This document shows, piece by piece, positions 8,934 to 17,614 of a stretch of 42,556 nt of DNA. Source of the stretch: Minisyncoccia bacterium (GTDB lineage Bacteria > Patescibacteriota > Minisyncoccia > Phycocordibacterales > UBA9973). The translations under genes and the position numbers were made by a program. The notes beneath the pieces are model-generated. The model was not told the DNA's origin, did no database searches, and saw only the letters and a list, made by a program, of their open reading frames with translations. The stretch is taken from NCBI GenBank assembly GCA_038247045.1, contig JBBRVK010000001.1:1-42556 (forward strand). The letters are read 5' to 3'. Numbering within the stretch: position 1 is the stretch's first letter; every line of letters begins with the position of its first letter.

Positions 8934-10025
8934 TTATTTTATATATCCCTTGCTGACCAATAATTCTGCGTTTAATATTCCTCCACCAGCAGCTCCACGG
9001 ACAGTATTGTGACTAAGGGAAATAAACTTGTAATCAAAAATATTACAATCTCTAAGTCTTCCAACCGTCACTGCCATACCTTTATCATTATCTCTATCTT
9101 TTCTAGGTTGAGGACGATTTTCTTCCTCGGTATAAATTATAGGACAAATAGGAGCAGAGGGGAGTTTTAATTCTTGAGGAGCAGATTTAAATTCACGCCA
9201 AATTTTTATAATATCTTCTTTGTTTGGTTTTTTATCTTTGAATAAAATATTTACACAGGCTGTATGTCCATCTATTACTGGAACTCTAGTGCAAGTTGCT
9301 GATATAGCAATATCTTTGTTTGTGATAAATTTATTATTTTTAATATTGCCTAATATTTTTAGAGGTTCATTTTCAGTTTTTTCTTCTTCACCTCCAATAT
9401 AAGGAATAATATTATCAATCATATCAAGACTTGGTACCCCAGGATATCCAGCACCAGAGACAGCTTGAAGGGTTGTAATGATTATTTTTTTGACAGGGAA
9501 TCCAGCTTTTTGCAAGGCATAAATTGGAGTTAAATAACTTTGAAGACTACAGTTTGGTTTAACAACAATAAAACCTTTATTCCAAGAATGTTTTTTCATT
9601 TGTGATGGTAATATTTCTAAATGATCGCTATTTATCTCAGGAACAAGCATTGGAACATCGTCTATTTGTCTATTGGCGGAAGCGTTTGAGACAACAGGGA
9701 AGCCTGCGGCGGCATATTTTTCTTCCATCTCTTTTACTAATTTTTTATCAGGTAATTCAAAGGCTGAAAAAACAAAATCGCATTTATTTTTAATTTTATC
9801 TATATCTGCGACATCCTCCATAATAATTTTTTTAACAGAGTGTGGTATTGGGGTTGCCATTTGCCAGCGATTTTTAACTGATTCTTCATAAGTCACTCCT
9901 GCAGAATTAGCTGAAGCTGCAAGATAAACAACAGAAAACCATGGATGATTTTCTAAAAGACGAATATAATTCTGACCCACCATACCTGTTGCACCTAGAA
10001 TTCCAACTTTAAATTTTTTTGCCAT
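8934..10025 (-). CDS. asd: Aspartate-semialdehyde dehydrogenase
   Basis: 363 aa. GATGMVGQ Rossmann N-terminus, active-site KPNCSLQ, and TCTRVPVIDGH. Confidence 0.9.
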   Translation of the reverse strand: MAKKFKVGILGATGMVGQNYIRLLENHPWFSVVYLAASANSAGVTYEESVKNRWQMATPIPHSVKKIIMEDVADIDKIKNKCDFVFSAFELPDKKLVKEMEEKYAAAGFPVVSNASANRQIDDVPMLVPEINSDHLEILPSQMKKHSWNKGFIVVKPNCSLQSYLTPIYALQKAGFPVKKIIITTLQAVSGAGYPGVPSLDMIDNIIPYIGGEEEKTENEPLKILGNIKNNKFITNKDIAISATCTRVPVIDGHTACVNILFKDKKPNKEDIIKIWREFKSAPQELKLPSAPICPIIYTEEENRPQPRKDRDNDKGMAVTVGRLRDCNIFDYKFISLSHNTVRGAAGGGILNAELLVSKGYIK

Positions 10026-10040
10026 TGTATTTCTTCAGAA

Positions 10041-10106
10041 TTAAAATATTGTTTTCTTTATAGTCTGGTGAGTTGAACCGAGGACTTAAAGAAAATAATA
10101 TTTTAA
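10041..10106 (-). repeat. Intercistronic long hairpin, family member 2 (lysC-asd gap). This is the minimal copy
   Basis: The minus strand reads TTAAAATATTATTTTCTTTA-AGTCCTCGGTTCAACTCACCAGACTA-TAAAGAAAACAATATTTTAA. The arms pair over about 24 bp with one mismatch and one bulge. Confidence 0.65.
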
Positions 10107-10112
10107 TGTAGT

Positions 10113-11450
10113 TTATTTAATAAATTTTTTATAAATAGCTTTAACGACCTTGTTTATATTATCAGTTCTAATAACTGCCTCCATCCGATAACAATTTTCA
10201 TAATAGAATGCACTTATCAATAAATCTGTTTTAAGTTTAACTAATAAGTCATTAAAATTACTAACATCTTTGGCATGAAACCATCCAACTAGAAATACCA
10301 TACTTGCATTGACCATTTCTATTTTATTTACTTTGCCTTTCAATTCCTCATACACTTTATCTAACTGACCATTACTATTATTAGCTACTAATTGTAAGCT
10401 ATACCTGGTATTACTAATTAATGTTATTTCAACTTTATATTTAATAAAAATCTCGCTTACCATTAAAAGTAAATCATTTACTTTAATATTTTCATCAGTA
10501 ATTAACAATAAACTTAGATCTTTTTTTAAACTTACAATTTTAGCTCCTTTTTCTTGTTTTTTTATTAAACCTACCTTTGTATTTTTTTTAGGGTCTGAAA
10601 TAGAGGCTATTTCTATTGGTGTTTTAAACATTTTCACATATTGAATAGCTTTATCATGAATGATTTTTCCTGATTCTTCGGCTTCTAAATAGCTAATTAT
10701 TGGAATCGTTTCTGCCTCGGGTACTATTTTAGGATCAGCGGATAAAACACCACCAACATCTTTCCATAAAATAATTTTTTCAGCTTTTAGAGCTGTTCCA
10801 ACAAAGCAAGCTGTTGTGTCTGTACCACCTCTACCAAGAGTCGTTATTTCACCTGTGATAGTTTTACCTGTAAAGCCTGAGATAACTACAACATCATCTA
10901 TTTTAGATAATTTTTTATTAATATTAACTTCAGAAACTTGATATACAATATTAGCATTCTTAAAATTATTATCTGTAATAATAGGTATTTCTTCCGCTAG
11001 GATTTTTTGAGCTTGAATTCCTGAGGCATTTAAATAATGAGTAAGTATTATTGCTGAGAGTTTTTCTCCATAAGCGACAACTTTATCTTCAAGATCATTA
11101 GAAATATTTTTTTTATTATTTAAATCTTTTTCTAGATTTTCCAAATTCTTTAATAATTCTAATTTTGTTTTTTTTTGCAAATCAATATCTAAAATAAGGT
11201 CGTTTATTATTTGCTCATGCTTGCTGAATATATCTGATATAAATGTTTTAATTATCTCAGCGCTATAATTTTCTTTTAAATTATTTAAGAACAGGAGTAT
11301 ATAATCTGTCATTTTTGGCATTGCCGAAACAACAGCAATAGATTGATAACCTCTGGTTGTTTGCTCTTTGATTCTTTTTTTAATAACAGGAATAAGGTCT
11401 TTTGTTAAAATTCCACCTCCAAATTTATTAACAATGATTTTTTTATGCAT
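10113..11450 (-). CDS. lysC: Aspartate kinase
   Basis: 445 aa. NKFGGG N-terminus, the GRGGTDTTA motif of the amino-acid kinase family, and a C-terminal ACT-like region. Confidence 0.85.
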   Translation of the reverse strand: MHKKIIVNKFGGGILTKDLIPVIKKRIKEQTTRGYQSIAVVSAMPKMTDYILLFLNNLKENYSAEIIKTFISDIFSKHEQIINDLILDIDLQKKTKLELLKNLENLEKDLNNKKNISNDLEDKVVAYGEKLSAIILTHYLNASGIQAQKILAEEIPIITDNNFKNANIVYQVSEVNINKKLSKIDDVVVISGFTGKTITGEITTLGRGGTDTTACFVGTALKAEKIILWKDVGGVLSADPKIVPEAETIPIISYLEAEESGKIIHDKAIQYVKMFKTPIEIASISDPKKNTKVGLIKKQEKGAKIVSLKKDLSLLLITDENIKVNDLLLMVSEIFIKYKVEITLISNTRYSLQLVANNSNGQLDKVYEELKGKVNKIEMVNASMVFLVGWFHAKDVSNFNDLLVKLKTDLLISAFYYENCYRMEAVIRTDNINKVVKAIYKKFIK

Positions 11451-11490
11451 ATATAATTTGAGCAGCCCTCTGTTAATAATAGACCTTAGA

Positions 11491-11518
11491 ATTATATAAT
11501 ATTATGTGTAAAAATCAA
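11491..11518 (-). promoter_or_regulatory. Candidate promoter of lysC
   Basis: On the minus strand: TTGATT (11513-11518), 16-nt spacer, TATAAT (11491-11496). Confidence 0.4.
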
Positions 11519-11540
11519 ATATTATAAGGATTTTGTATGA

Positions 11541-11569
11541 TTGACTTGTTAATGGTCTGATAGTAAAAT
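11541..11569 (+). promoter_or_regulatory. Candidate promoter of the carboxyspermidine dehydrogenase operon
   Basis: TTGACT (11541-11546), 17-nt spacer, TAAAAT (11564-11569). The leader to the ATG at 11650 is about 75 nt. Confidence 0.5.
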
Positions 11570-11649
11570 ATATCACATATTAACGTAGAATTATTAATTA
11601 TTTCAGTATTGCATTTGCTATTAAATGTGACCTGAATTAGTAAAATCAT

Positions 11650-12900
11650 ATGGCAAAAATACTTGTAATAGGTTGTGGTAACGTTGGTAGTGTTGGTTTG
11701 CATAAGATGGCTCAATTCCCAACTGTTTTTTCTGAAATTCACCTTGTTTCTCGTACGCTTTCAAAATGTGAGGTAGTTAGAGATGCTATAAATAAAAAAA
11801 CAAAGGGTAATGTAAATTTGATTGTTCACCAGGGGAACGTGGGGCAAACAGATGTTTTTTTGAATTTATTAAAAGAGGTAAAACCAGAACTTGTTGTAAA
11901 TTGGGGTAGTCCATATGACAATCTCGTCGTCATGGATGCTTGTTTAGAATATGGTGTGAATTATATAGATACAGCTTGTTATGAAAACCCAGAAAAATAT
12001 GGATTCTCTTATAAATTACAATTAGCTAAAAATGAAGCATTCAAAAAGAAAGGATTACTCGCAATCTTAGGTATTGGTTTTGACCCAGGAGTTTCCAATA
12101 TTTATTCAGCTTATGCTCGTGATTATTTATTTGATAAAATAAAGACTATTGATATTCTTGACTGTAATGGTGGTTCAAAAGATAAAAAGATAAAGTTTGC
12201 TCCTAATTTTGATCCAGAAATAAACTTACGTGAACTTATTCTACCTATTAAATTCTGGAGGAATGGCAAGTGGCAAGAACGTGGCCGTCTAATAGATGAA
12301 GATGCTCCTTACTTTGAATTTAATTTTCCTGAAGCTGGTAAATTTACTCCATATTTAATGTATCACGAAGAAATGGAAACAATTCCAACCCATATTCCGG
12401 GATTGAAGCGTATTCGTTTTTGGATGACGTTCTCGAAAAATTATCTTACATATTTAAGAGTGCTTTATGAGATTGGGTTAACACGTATTGACCCAATAGA
12501 TTACAATGGAACCCCCGTTGTGCCTGTTAAGTTCTTGAAAAAAATATTACCAACTGGAGATGATTTTAATAAGAGCTATAAAGGTAAAACCAACATCGGA
12601 AATATTATATCTGGGACAAAAGATGGGAAAAATAAATTCGTTTATATTTATAATGTCTGTGACCATGAAGGTGCTTTTAAAGAAACTGGGGGAAACGCTA
12701 TAGGTTATACTACTTCTATTCCTACAGTTACATGTGCTAAGTTAGTTCTTGAAGGTAAATGGTTTGGATGTGGAGTTAAAAATACTGAAGATAAAAGTCT
12801 TGATTCAAAAATCTTTATTGAAGAGATGAAGAAGGTAGGTCTTTCAACAATAATAAAGAAGATAAAAGATTTACCAGCTGCTCTTAAAAATGATTATTAA
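11650..12900 (+). CDS. Saccharopine-dehydrogenase-family carboxy(nor)spermidine dehydrogenase/synthase
   Basis: 416 aa. ILVIGCGNVGS Rossmann N-terminus. The length and layout are typical of CANSDH/CASDH, and the gene sits immediately upstream of the cognate decarboxylase. Confidence 0.75.
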   Translation: MAKILVIGCGNVGSVGLHKMAQFPTVFSEIHLVSRTLSKCEVVRDAINKKTKGNVNLIVHQGNVGQTDVFLNLLKEVKPELVVNWGSPYDNLVVMDACLEYGVNYIDTACYENPEKYGFSYKLQLAKNEAFKKKGLLAILGIGFDPGVSNIYSAYARDYLFDKIKTIDILDCNGGSKDKKIKFAPNFDPEINLRELILPIKFWRNGKWQERGRLIDEDAPYFEFNFPEAGKFTPYLMYHEEMETIPTHIPGLKRIRFWMTFSKNYLTYLRVLYEIGLTRIDPIDYNGTPVVPVKFLKKILPTGDDFNKSYKGKTNIGNIISGTKDGKNKFVYIYNVCDHEGAFKETGGNAIGYTTSIPTVTCAKLVLEGKWFGCGVKNTEDKSLDSKIFIEEMKKVGLSTIIKKIKDLPAALKNDY

Positions 12901-12913
12901 ATAAAAATATTAT

Positions 12914-12939
12914 GTCAGATTATTGAATAATAATCTGAC
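12914..12939 (+). other. Intercistronic stem-loop between the dehydrogenase and decarboxylase genes
   Basis: GTCAGATTATT-gaat-AATAATCTGAC. Perfect 11-bp stem, no U-tract. Confidence 0.5.
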
Positions 12940-12951
12940 TCAATTAAAAAT

Positions 12952-14136
12952 ATGAAAAATTTATTTATAGAGCCATGGATTGATACAGAAGGCTGGAATC
13001 TTTTAGATGTGGAAAATGTAAAAACTCCATGTTATATTGTTAGCGAAAAAAGACTAGAGAAAAATCTAAAAATTTTAAAGGAAGTAGAAGATAAAACTAG
13101 GGTTAAAATATTAATGGCTCTTAAAAGTTTTTCTATGTTTTCAACTTTTCCATTAATGAAGAAATATCTAATAGGAAGTGAAGCTAGTTCTGTGAATGAA
13201 GCAAGACTAGGCTATGAGAAATTTGGAGGTGAAGTTCATGTTTTCTCTCCTTCTTATACAAAAGAAAATATTAAAGAATATATTAAATATTCTGATCATT
13301 TGGTTTTTAATTCATTTTCTCAGTGGAATAATTTTAAAAATATTTTAAAAAAATCAAAGAAAAAAATATCTGCTGGAATTAGGGTAAACTTGGAGCATAG
13401 TGAAGTTGAAACTTCTATGTACGATCCAAGTAGTCAGAATTCACATTTTGGAGTGACTAAATCAAATTTTGAAATAGAAAATTTAGAAGGTTTGGAGGGA
13501 CTTCACTTTCATAATTTATGTGAACTCAATGCCGATGCACTGATGCGATCACTTGTTGTTTTTGAAGAAAAATTTGGTGAATTTTTGTCTAAAATGAAGT
13601 GGGTAAATTTTGGGGGAGGTCACCATATTACTAGATCTGATTATGATTTAAATTTATTATCAGAGATAATTTTAAAATTTAAGAAAAGGCATCCTCATCT
13701 AGAAGTTTATCTTGAACCAGGTGAAGCTGTAGCCCTCAATGCTGGGGTTTTAGTTGCTGAAGTAGTAGATATCTTCCATAATGGTATTGATATAGCAGTT
13801 CTTGATGTTTCTGCGACAACGCACATGCCTGATGTTCTTGAAATGCCATATTTACCGACTATTTTAGGAGCGAGTCCTAAATCGGAGAATGGTAACAATT
13901 ATCGTCTGGTTGGACCAAGCTGTCTTACTGGAGATGTTATTGGTGAGTATTCATTTGGTAAATCCTTAAAAATTGGAGAAAAAATTGTATTTCTCAATAT
14001 GGCTATTTATACAATGGTAAAGAATAATACTTTTAATGGAGTTAATTTGCCTTCTGTTTTAATTTGGACAAAAGATAATAAGATAAAGATTATTAAAAAA
14101 TTTGGATATAAAGATTTTAAAGAGAGATTATCATAA
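12952..14136 (+). CDS. nspC: Carboxy(nor)spermidine decarboxylase (PLP-dependent, NspC family)
   Basis: 394 aa. N-terminal TPCYIVSEKRLEKNL, NFGGGHH and EPGEAV motifs of the NspC-type alanine-racemase-fold decarboxylases. Confidence 0.75.
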   Translation: MKNLFIEPWIDTEGWNLLDVENVKTPCYIVSEKRLEKNLKILKEVEDKTRVKILMALKSFSMFSTFPLMKKYLIGSEASSVNEARLGYEKFGGEVHVFSPSYTKENIKEYIKYSDHLVFNSFSQWNNFKNILKKSKKKISAGIRVNLEHSEVETSMYDPSSQNSHFGVTKSNFEIENLEGLEGLHFHNLCELNADALMRSLVVFEEKFGEFLSKMKWVNFGGGHHITRSDYDLNLLSEIILKFKKRHPHLEVYLEPGEAVALNAGVLVAEVVDIFHNGIDIAVLDVSATTHMPDVLEMPYLPTILGASPKSENGNNYRLVGPSCLTGDVIGEYSFGKSLKIGEKIVFLNMAIYTMVKNNTFNGVNLPSVLIWTKDNKIKIIKKFGYKDFKERLS

Positions 14137-14157
14137 TGTAGATAAAAAGCTGCACAA

Positions 14158-14226
14158 ATTATATTATAAAAAAGTCCTCAGACGAGGGAAATAAAAAACA
14201 GAGCCAGACATTTTTTATAATATAAT
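14158..14226 (+). repeat. Intercistronic long hairpin, family member 3 (decarboxylase-ureohydrolase gap)
   Basis: ATTATATTATAAAAAAGTC (14158-14176) pairs with GACATTTTTTATAATATAAT (14207-14226), with one bulged A. Core AAGTCCTCAG at 14172-14181 and CCAGAC at 14204-14209. Confidence 0.6.
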
Positions 14227-14256
14227 ATAATTTGTTACGTTTTTAATAAAAAATAT

Positions 14257-15294
14257 ATGAATAAAATATTAGAAGAAATAATATCAAAATTTAATCCAGA
14301 TGAAAATGGGTTACATCATCATGGTATTTTTGGTCTGCCTTTTAAATCAGAAGAATCAAAAATGGTTTTACTTCCAATTCCATGGGAAGCCACTGTCTCT
14401 TACAAAGGTGGAACATCTTTAGGTCCAAAAGAGATACTTGATGCTTCTCAGCAAATAGATTTATATGATGCAATTTATCCAAATGGATGGAAAGAGGGTA
14501 TTGCAATGGAAGATATTTCATCTAGTACTTTTTATGAAAATAAACAGGTTAGAGAAAAAGTTTTAAAATATTTAGATGGATACGGAGAAGGTAATATTGA
14601 TATTGATTTGCAAAATGATATTAATAAAGATTGTTTGGATCTAAAAAATTACGTTAAAGAAGAAACTAAAAAATTAATCGAGAAAGGTAAAATCGTTGGA
14701 ATTGTAGGAGGAGACCATAGTGTCCCTCTTGGTTATATGGAGTCTTTGTCTACTTATTATAGTGATTACGGAATTTTACATATTGATGCTCATGCCGATC
14801 TTCGTGATGCTTATGAAGGACTTGAGTATTCACATGCTTCAATTTTTTATAATGCCTTAAAAATTAAAAATATATCAAAATTAGTTCAAGTTGGAATTAG
14901 GGATATAAGTGAAGGGGAGCAGAATCTAATTAAAAAAGAAAAAGGTAGAATCTCCATGTTTAAAGATTATGATATCCGTAAAGATTTATTTAATGGTGTG
15001 ACTTGGGCTAAAAAATGCGATGAGATAGTCAAAAAATTACCTAAAAATGTTTACATCTCATTTGATATTGATGGTTTAGTTCCATATCTATCACCAAATA
15101 CTGGAACTCCTGTTCTTGGTGGTTTTACACTCGACGAGATTACTTTCTTAATAGAAAAAATTGTAATATCAGGCAGAAAAATTATTGGTTTTGATCTTTG
15201 TGAAGTTGCTCCAGGTGTTGGTGATCAATGGGATGGGAATGTTGGAGCAAGGGTTTTATATAAACTTTGTTTATTGACTCTAAGATCACAATAA
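14257..15294 (+). CDS. speB: Ureohydrolase of the arginase/agmatinase family (agmatinase or aminopropylagmatine ureohydrolase)
   Basis: 345 aa. GGDHSV, DAHADL and SFDIDGL metal-binding motifs. Confidence 0.75.
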   Translation: MNKILEEIISKFNPDENGLHHHGIFGLPFKSEESKMVLLPIPWEATVSYKGGTSLGPKEILDASQQIDLYDAIYPNGWKEGIAMEDISSSTFYENKQVREKVLKYLDGYGEGNIDIDLQNDINKDCLDLKNYVKEETKKLIEKGKIVGIVGGDHSVPLGYMESLSTYYSDYGILHIDAHADLRDAYEGLEYSHASIFYNALKIKNISKLVQVGIRDISEGEQNLIKKEKGRISMFKDYDIRKDLFNGVTWAKKCDEIVKKLPKNVYISFDIDGLVPYLSPNTGTPVLGGFTLDEITFLIEKIVISGRKIIGFDLCEVAPGVGDQWDGNVGARVLYKLCLLTLRSQ

Positions 15295-15315
15295 TTTATA
15301 TTTAAATTGCTTATA

Positions 15316-15324
15316 TGATACAAT
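15316..15324 (+). promoter_or_regulatory. Extended -10 (TGaTACAAT) 9 nt upstream of the transporter ATG
   Basis: tatgaTACAATaaccattatATG. Confidence 0.4.
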
Positions 15325-15333
15325 AACCATTAT

Positions 15334-16251
15334 ATGCAATGGCTTTTGTTAACACTAGGGGCAACATTCTTATGGTCTGTTGTAAATATATCTGATCAAT
15401 TTTTAGTTAGAAAATATGGGAATGGAAGATTTGCCTCTGGCTCTCTTGCTATTTTTTCTAGTTTAATAGGAATTTTTGTTGCAATTTTTATTTTCATTTT
15501 TATTACAAAAAATGTTTTAGATATATCCTTAAATGATAAGTTTTTATTAATAATATCTGGAATTTTTAATATTGGATGGATACTCTTGTATTTATTTGCT
15601 ATAGAAATAGAAAATGTTTCAGGTATTGCTCCTTGGTTTATGGTTGTACCAATATTTGGTTATATTATGGGGTATGTTTTTTTCAAAGAGACTTTTCCAC
15701 TTTTACAAATGGCAGGTTCTGTAATAATTTTAGCAGGTGTCGCAATACTTTCCTTTGATTTTACAGATAAAGAAAATTATCGTTTTAAATGGAAGGTAGC
15801 AATTTATATGATTTTTGCTTGCTTAATGATAGCTATTATGGGTATTATCTTTAAATATGTAACGGTTGCAAATAACTATTGGGTATCTTCTTTTTGGGTT
15901 TATATTGGGCTAGGGATTTCTGGTGTATTTATTTACAGTTTTATCCCGAACTATCGTCGAGATTTTTGGACAATGATTAGAAGGGGTGGAATAAAGATTT
16001 TTTCCATAAATTTAGGGAGTGAAATTATTTCAATAATTGGTAATTTTTTATCAAATTACGCAATTCTCCTTGCTCCATTTTTTTTAGTATATTTATTTGA
16101 AAGTTTACAGCCAGCGATATTGTTGATTTTAACGCTTATATGTACTTATTTTTTTCCTAATATTATTAAAGAAGATATATCTAAAAGAGTTCTTGTTCCA
16201 AAAATTATCTCAATAGTATTAGTTATAATAGGAAGCATGATAGCTTTTTAG
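15334..16251 (+). CDS. EamA/DMT-superfamily 10-TM transporter
   Basis: 305 aa, about ten hydrophobic helices in two halves, ending in a TAG stop. The substrate is unknown. Confidence 0.7.
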   Translation: MQWLLLTLGATFLWSVVNISDQFLVRKYGNGRFASGSLAIFSSLIGIFVAIFIFIFITKNVLDISLNDKFLLIISGIFNIGWILLYLFAIEIENVSGIAPWFMVVPIFGYIMGYVFFKETFPLLQMAGSVIILAGVAILSFDFTDKENYRFKWKVAIYMIFACLMIAIMGIIFKYVTVANNYWVSSFWVYIGLGISGVFIYSFIPNYRRDFWTMIRRGGIKIFSINLGSEIISIIGNFLSNYAILLAPFFLVYLFESLQPAILLILTLICTYFFPNIIKEDISKRVLVPKIISIVLVIIGSMIAF

Positions 16252-16255
16252 TTTT

Positions 16256-17554
16256 TTAAAGATATCCCCATTTTTTAAGTTTATCTTGGTTTTCATTTAA
16301 AAAACTATCTCCAATATCAGAACGATAAAACATTTTAGGAATATATATATTTTTTATCATTCCATAAACTTCTTTCTGTGTATTTTTTAATGAGGCACTT
16401 ACTCCTGTAACATATAAAATATATCCACGAGTGTCAGAAATATAATAACGTTTTTTACTTGGGTTGTATGAAATTTCTTCAAAATGAATATGCTCATGGT
16501 CTTCCTCTTTAACGTTATCTATATAAACATATGATCCATAGAGTAGATTTTTTTGTGATTTTTCAGTATAAGGGAAAGGAGGAACAGCAACAAGAACAAC
16601 GATTCCGTAACCTTTTTTCCACTTAAGATCATATTTTTCTCCTTTTGCTATTGCGTATAAAAGATCACCCCAGGGTGAAATATGTAGTTCGCTGTGCAAG
16701 TGAATAATAGGTGAACCCATGCGGGGGGTTGCTTCAAGTGGATAAATCCCAGTTTCATTAACAATACAGTTAATCTCAAAATCACCTTTAAATTTTATTT
16801 TCTTTAAATATGGTTTTAATTTTTCGATTGTTTCTTTATATAATTTATTTTTTTCATCCTCAGAATACCAAGCAACAGTACCCATTTCACTTGTAAGTGG
16901 TCCAATGTCTCCAGGAAAGAATCTTGGATATTCAATATTAAATTCTATAGGGCCAACCCAATCATTACCATTAAAATATCTACCAATACCCACCTCAACT
17001 CCAATTATTTTTTGATGAAGACTTATTTTTTCTGTCCTAACATTTTTATTATGATAATAATTATCAAGCATTCCTATAACATCTCTACCATCTTCAAACT
17101 CTCCAACATAATTTAGAACTTTAGAGTAGTGATGATTATTTTGTTTAATAACCCATGCTTTTTTGTTCTTTTTAACAAAAGCAATAGCACTTTTAATACT
17201 ATTAAAATCTTTCAGTGGTACAGTATTTAAACCATATTTTTTAAATATTTTTTGACCATAAGCTCTATCTTGTTCTAGTTTATCTCCAGCTGCATTTCCA
17301 CCGAAAACAGTATAACCTTTTTTTCTTAAATTATCTTGGACTTCACCATAACCAACATCATCAAAAACAATTAGTCCATCTTTCCCAACCCAAGATAGTT
17401 CTTTTTTCCAATTATAAGTTTTAGTAACCATATGATTAAAATTTTCATGACGACCACTATCTTCTATAAATAGTTTAACGTTGTGTCCTTCTTTTTTTAA
17501 TAGATATGCAAGGTTTCCACCAATTAAGTCGTTTGATATAAACAGTATATTCAT
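16256..17554 (-). CDS. Divergent PurD-like (glycinamide ribonucleotide synthetase family) ATP-grasp ligase
   Basis: 432 aa. The layout matches PurD N/A/C domains: GGNLAYLLKK in place of GGREHALAWK, GPLTSEMGTV in place of GPNTGGMG, and a C-terminal YILYVTGVSASL...YRSDIG. Confidence 0.65.
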   Translation of the reverse strand: MNILFISNDLIGGNLAYLLKKEGHNVKLFIEDSGRHENFNHMVTKTYNWKKELSWVGKDGLIVFDDVGYGEVQDNLRKKGYTVFGGNAAGDKLEQDRAYGQKIFKKYGLNTVPLKDFNSIKSAIAFVKKNKKAWVIKQNNHHYSKVLNYVGEFEDGRDVIGMLDNYYHNKNVRTEKISLHQKIIGVEVGIGRYFNGNDWVGPIEFNIEYPRFFPGDIGPLTSEMGTVAWYSEDEKNKLYKETIEKLKPYLKKIKFKGDFEINCIVNETGIYPLEATPRMGSPIIHLHSELHISPWGDLLYAIAKGEKYDLKWKKGYGIVVLVAVPPFPYTEKSQKNLLYGSYVYIDNVKEEDHEHIHFEEISYNPSKKRYYISDTRGYILYVTGVSASLKNTQKEVYGMIKNIYIPKMFYRSDIGDSFLNENQDKLKKWGYL

Positions 17555-17614
17555 ATATAATACATATTATATTAAAAATTATATAACTACAAGAATAAAA
17601 GTGCATATCATTAT

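Noticed and set aside
11515-11742. 75-aa minus-strand ORF in the lysC / dehydrogenase divergent promoter region
   Set aside because: It overlaps the start of the dehydrogenase gene and the predicted promoters. The peptide is low-complexity and Asn/Thr/Ile-rich, with no motif.
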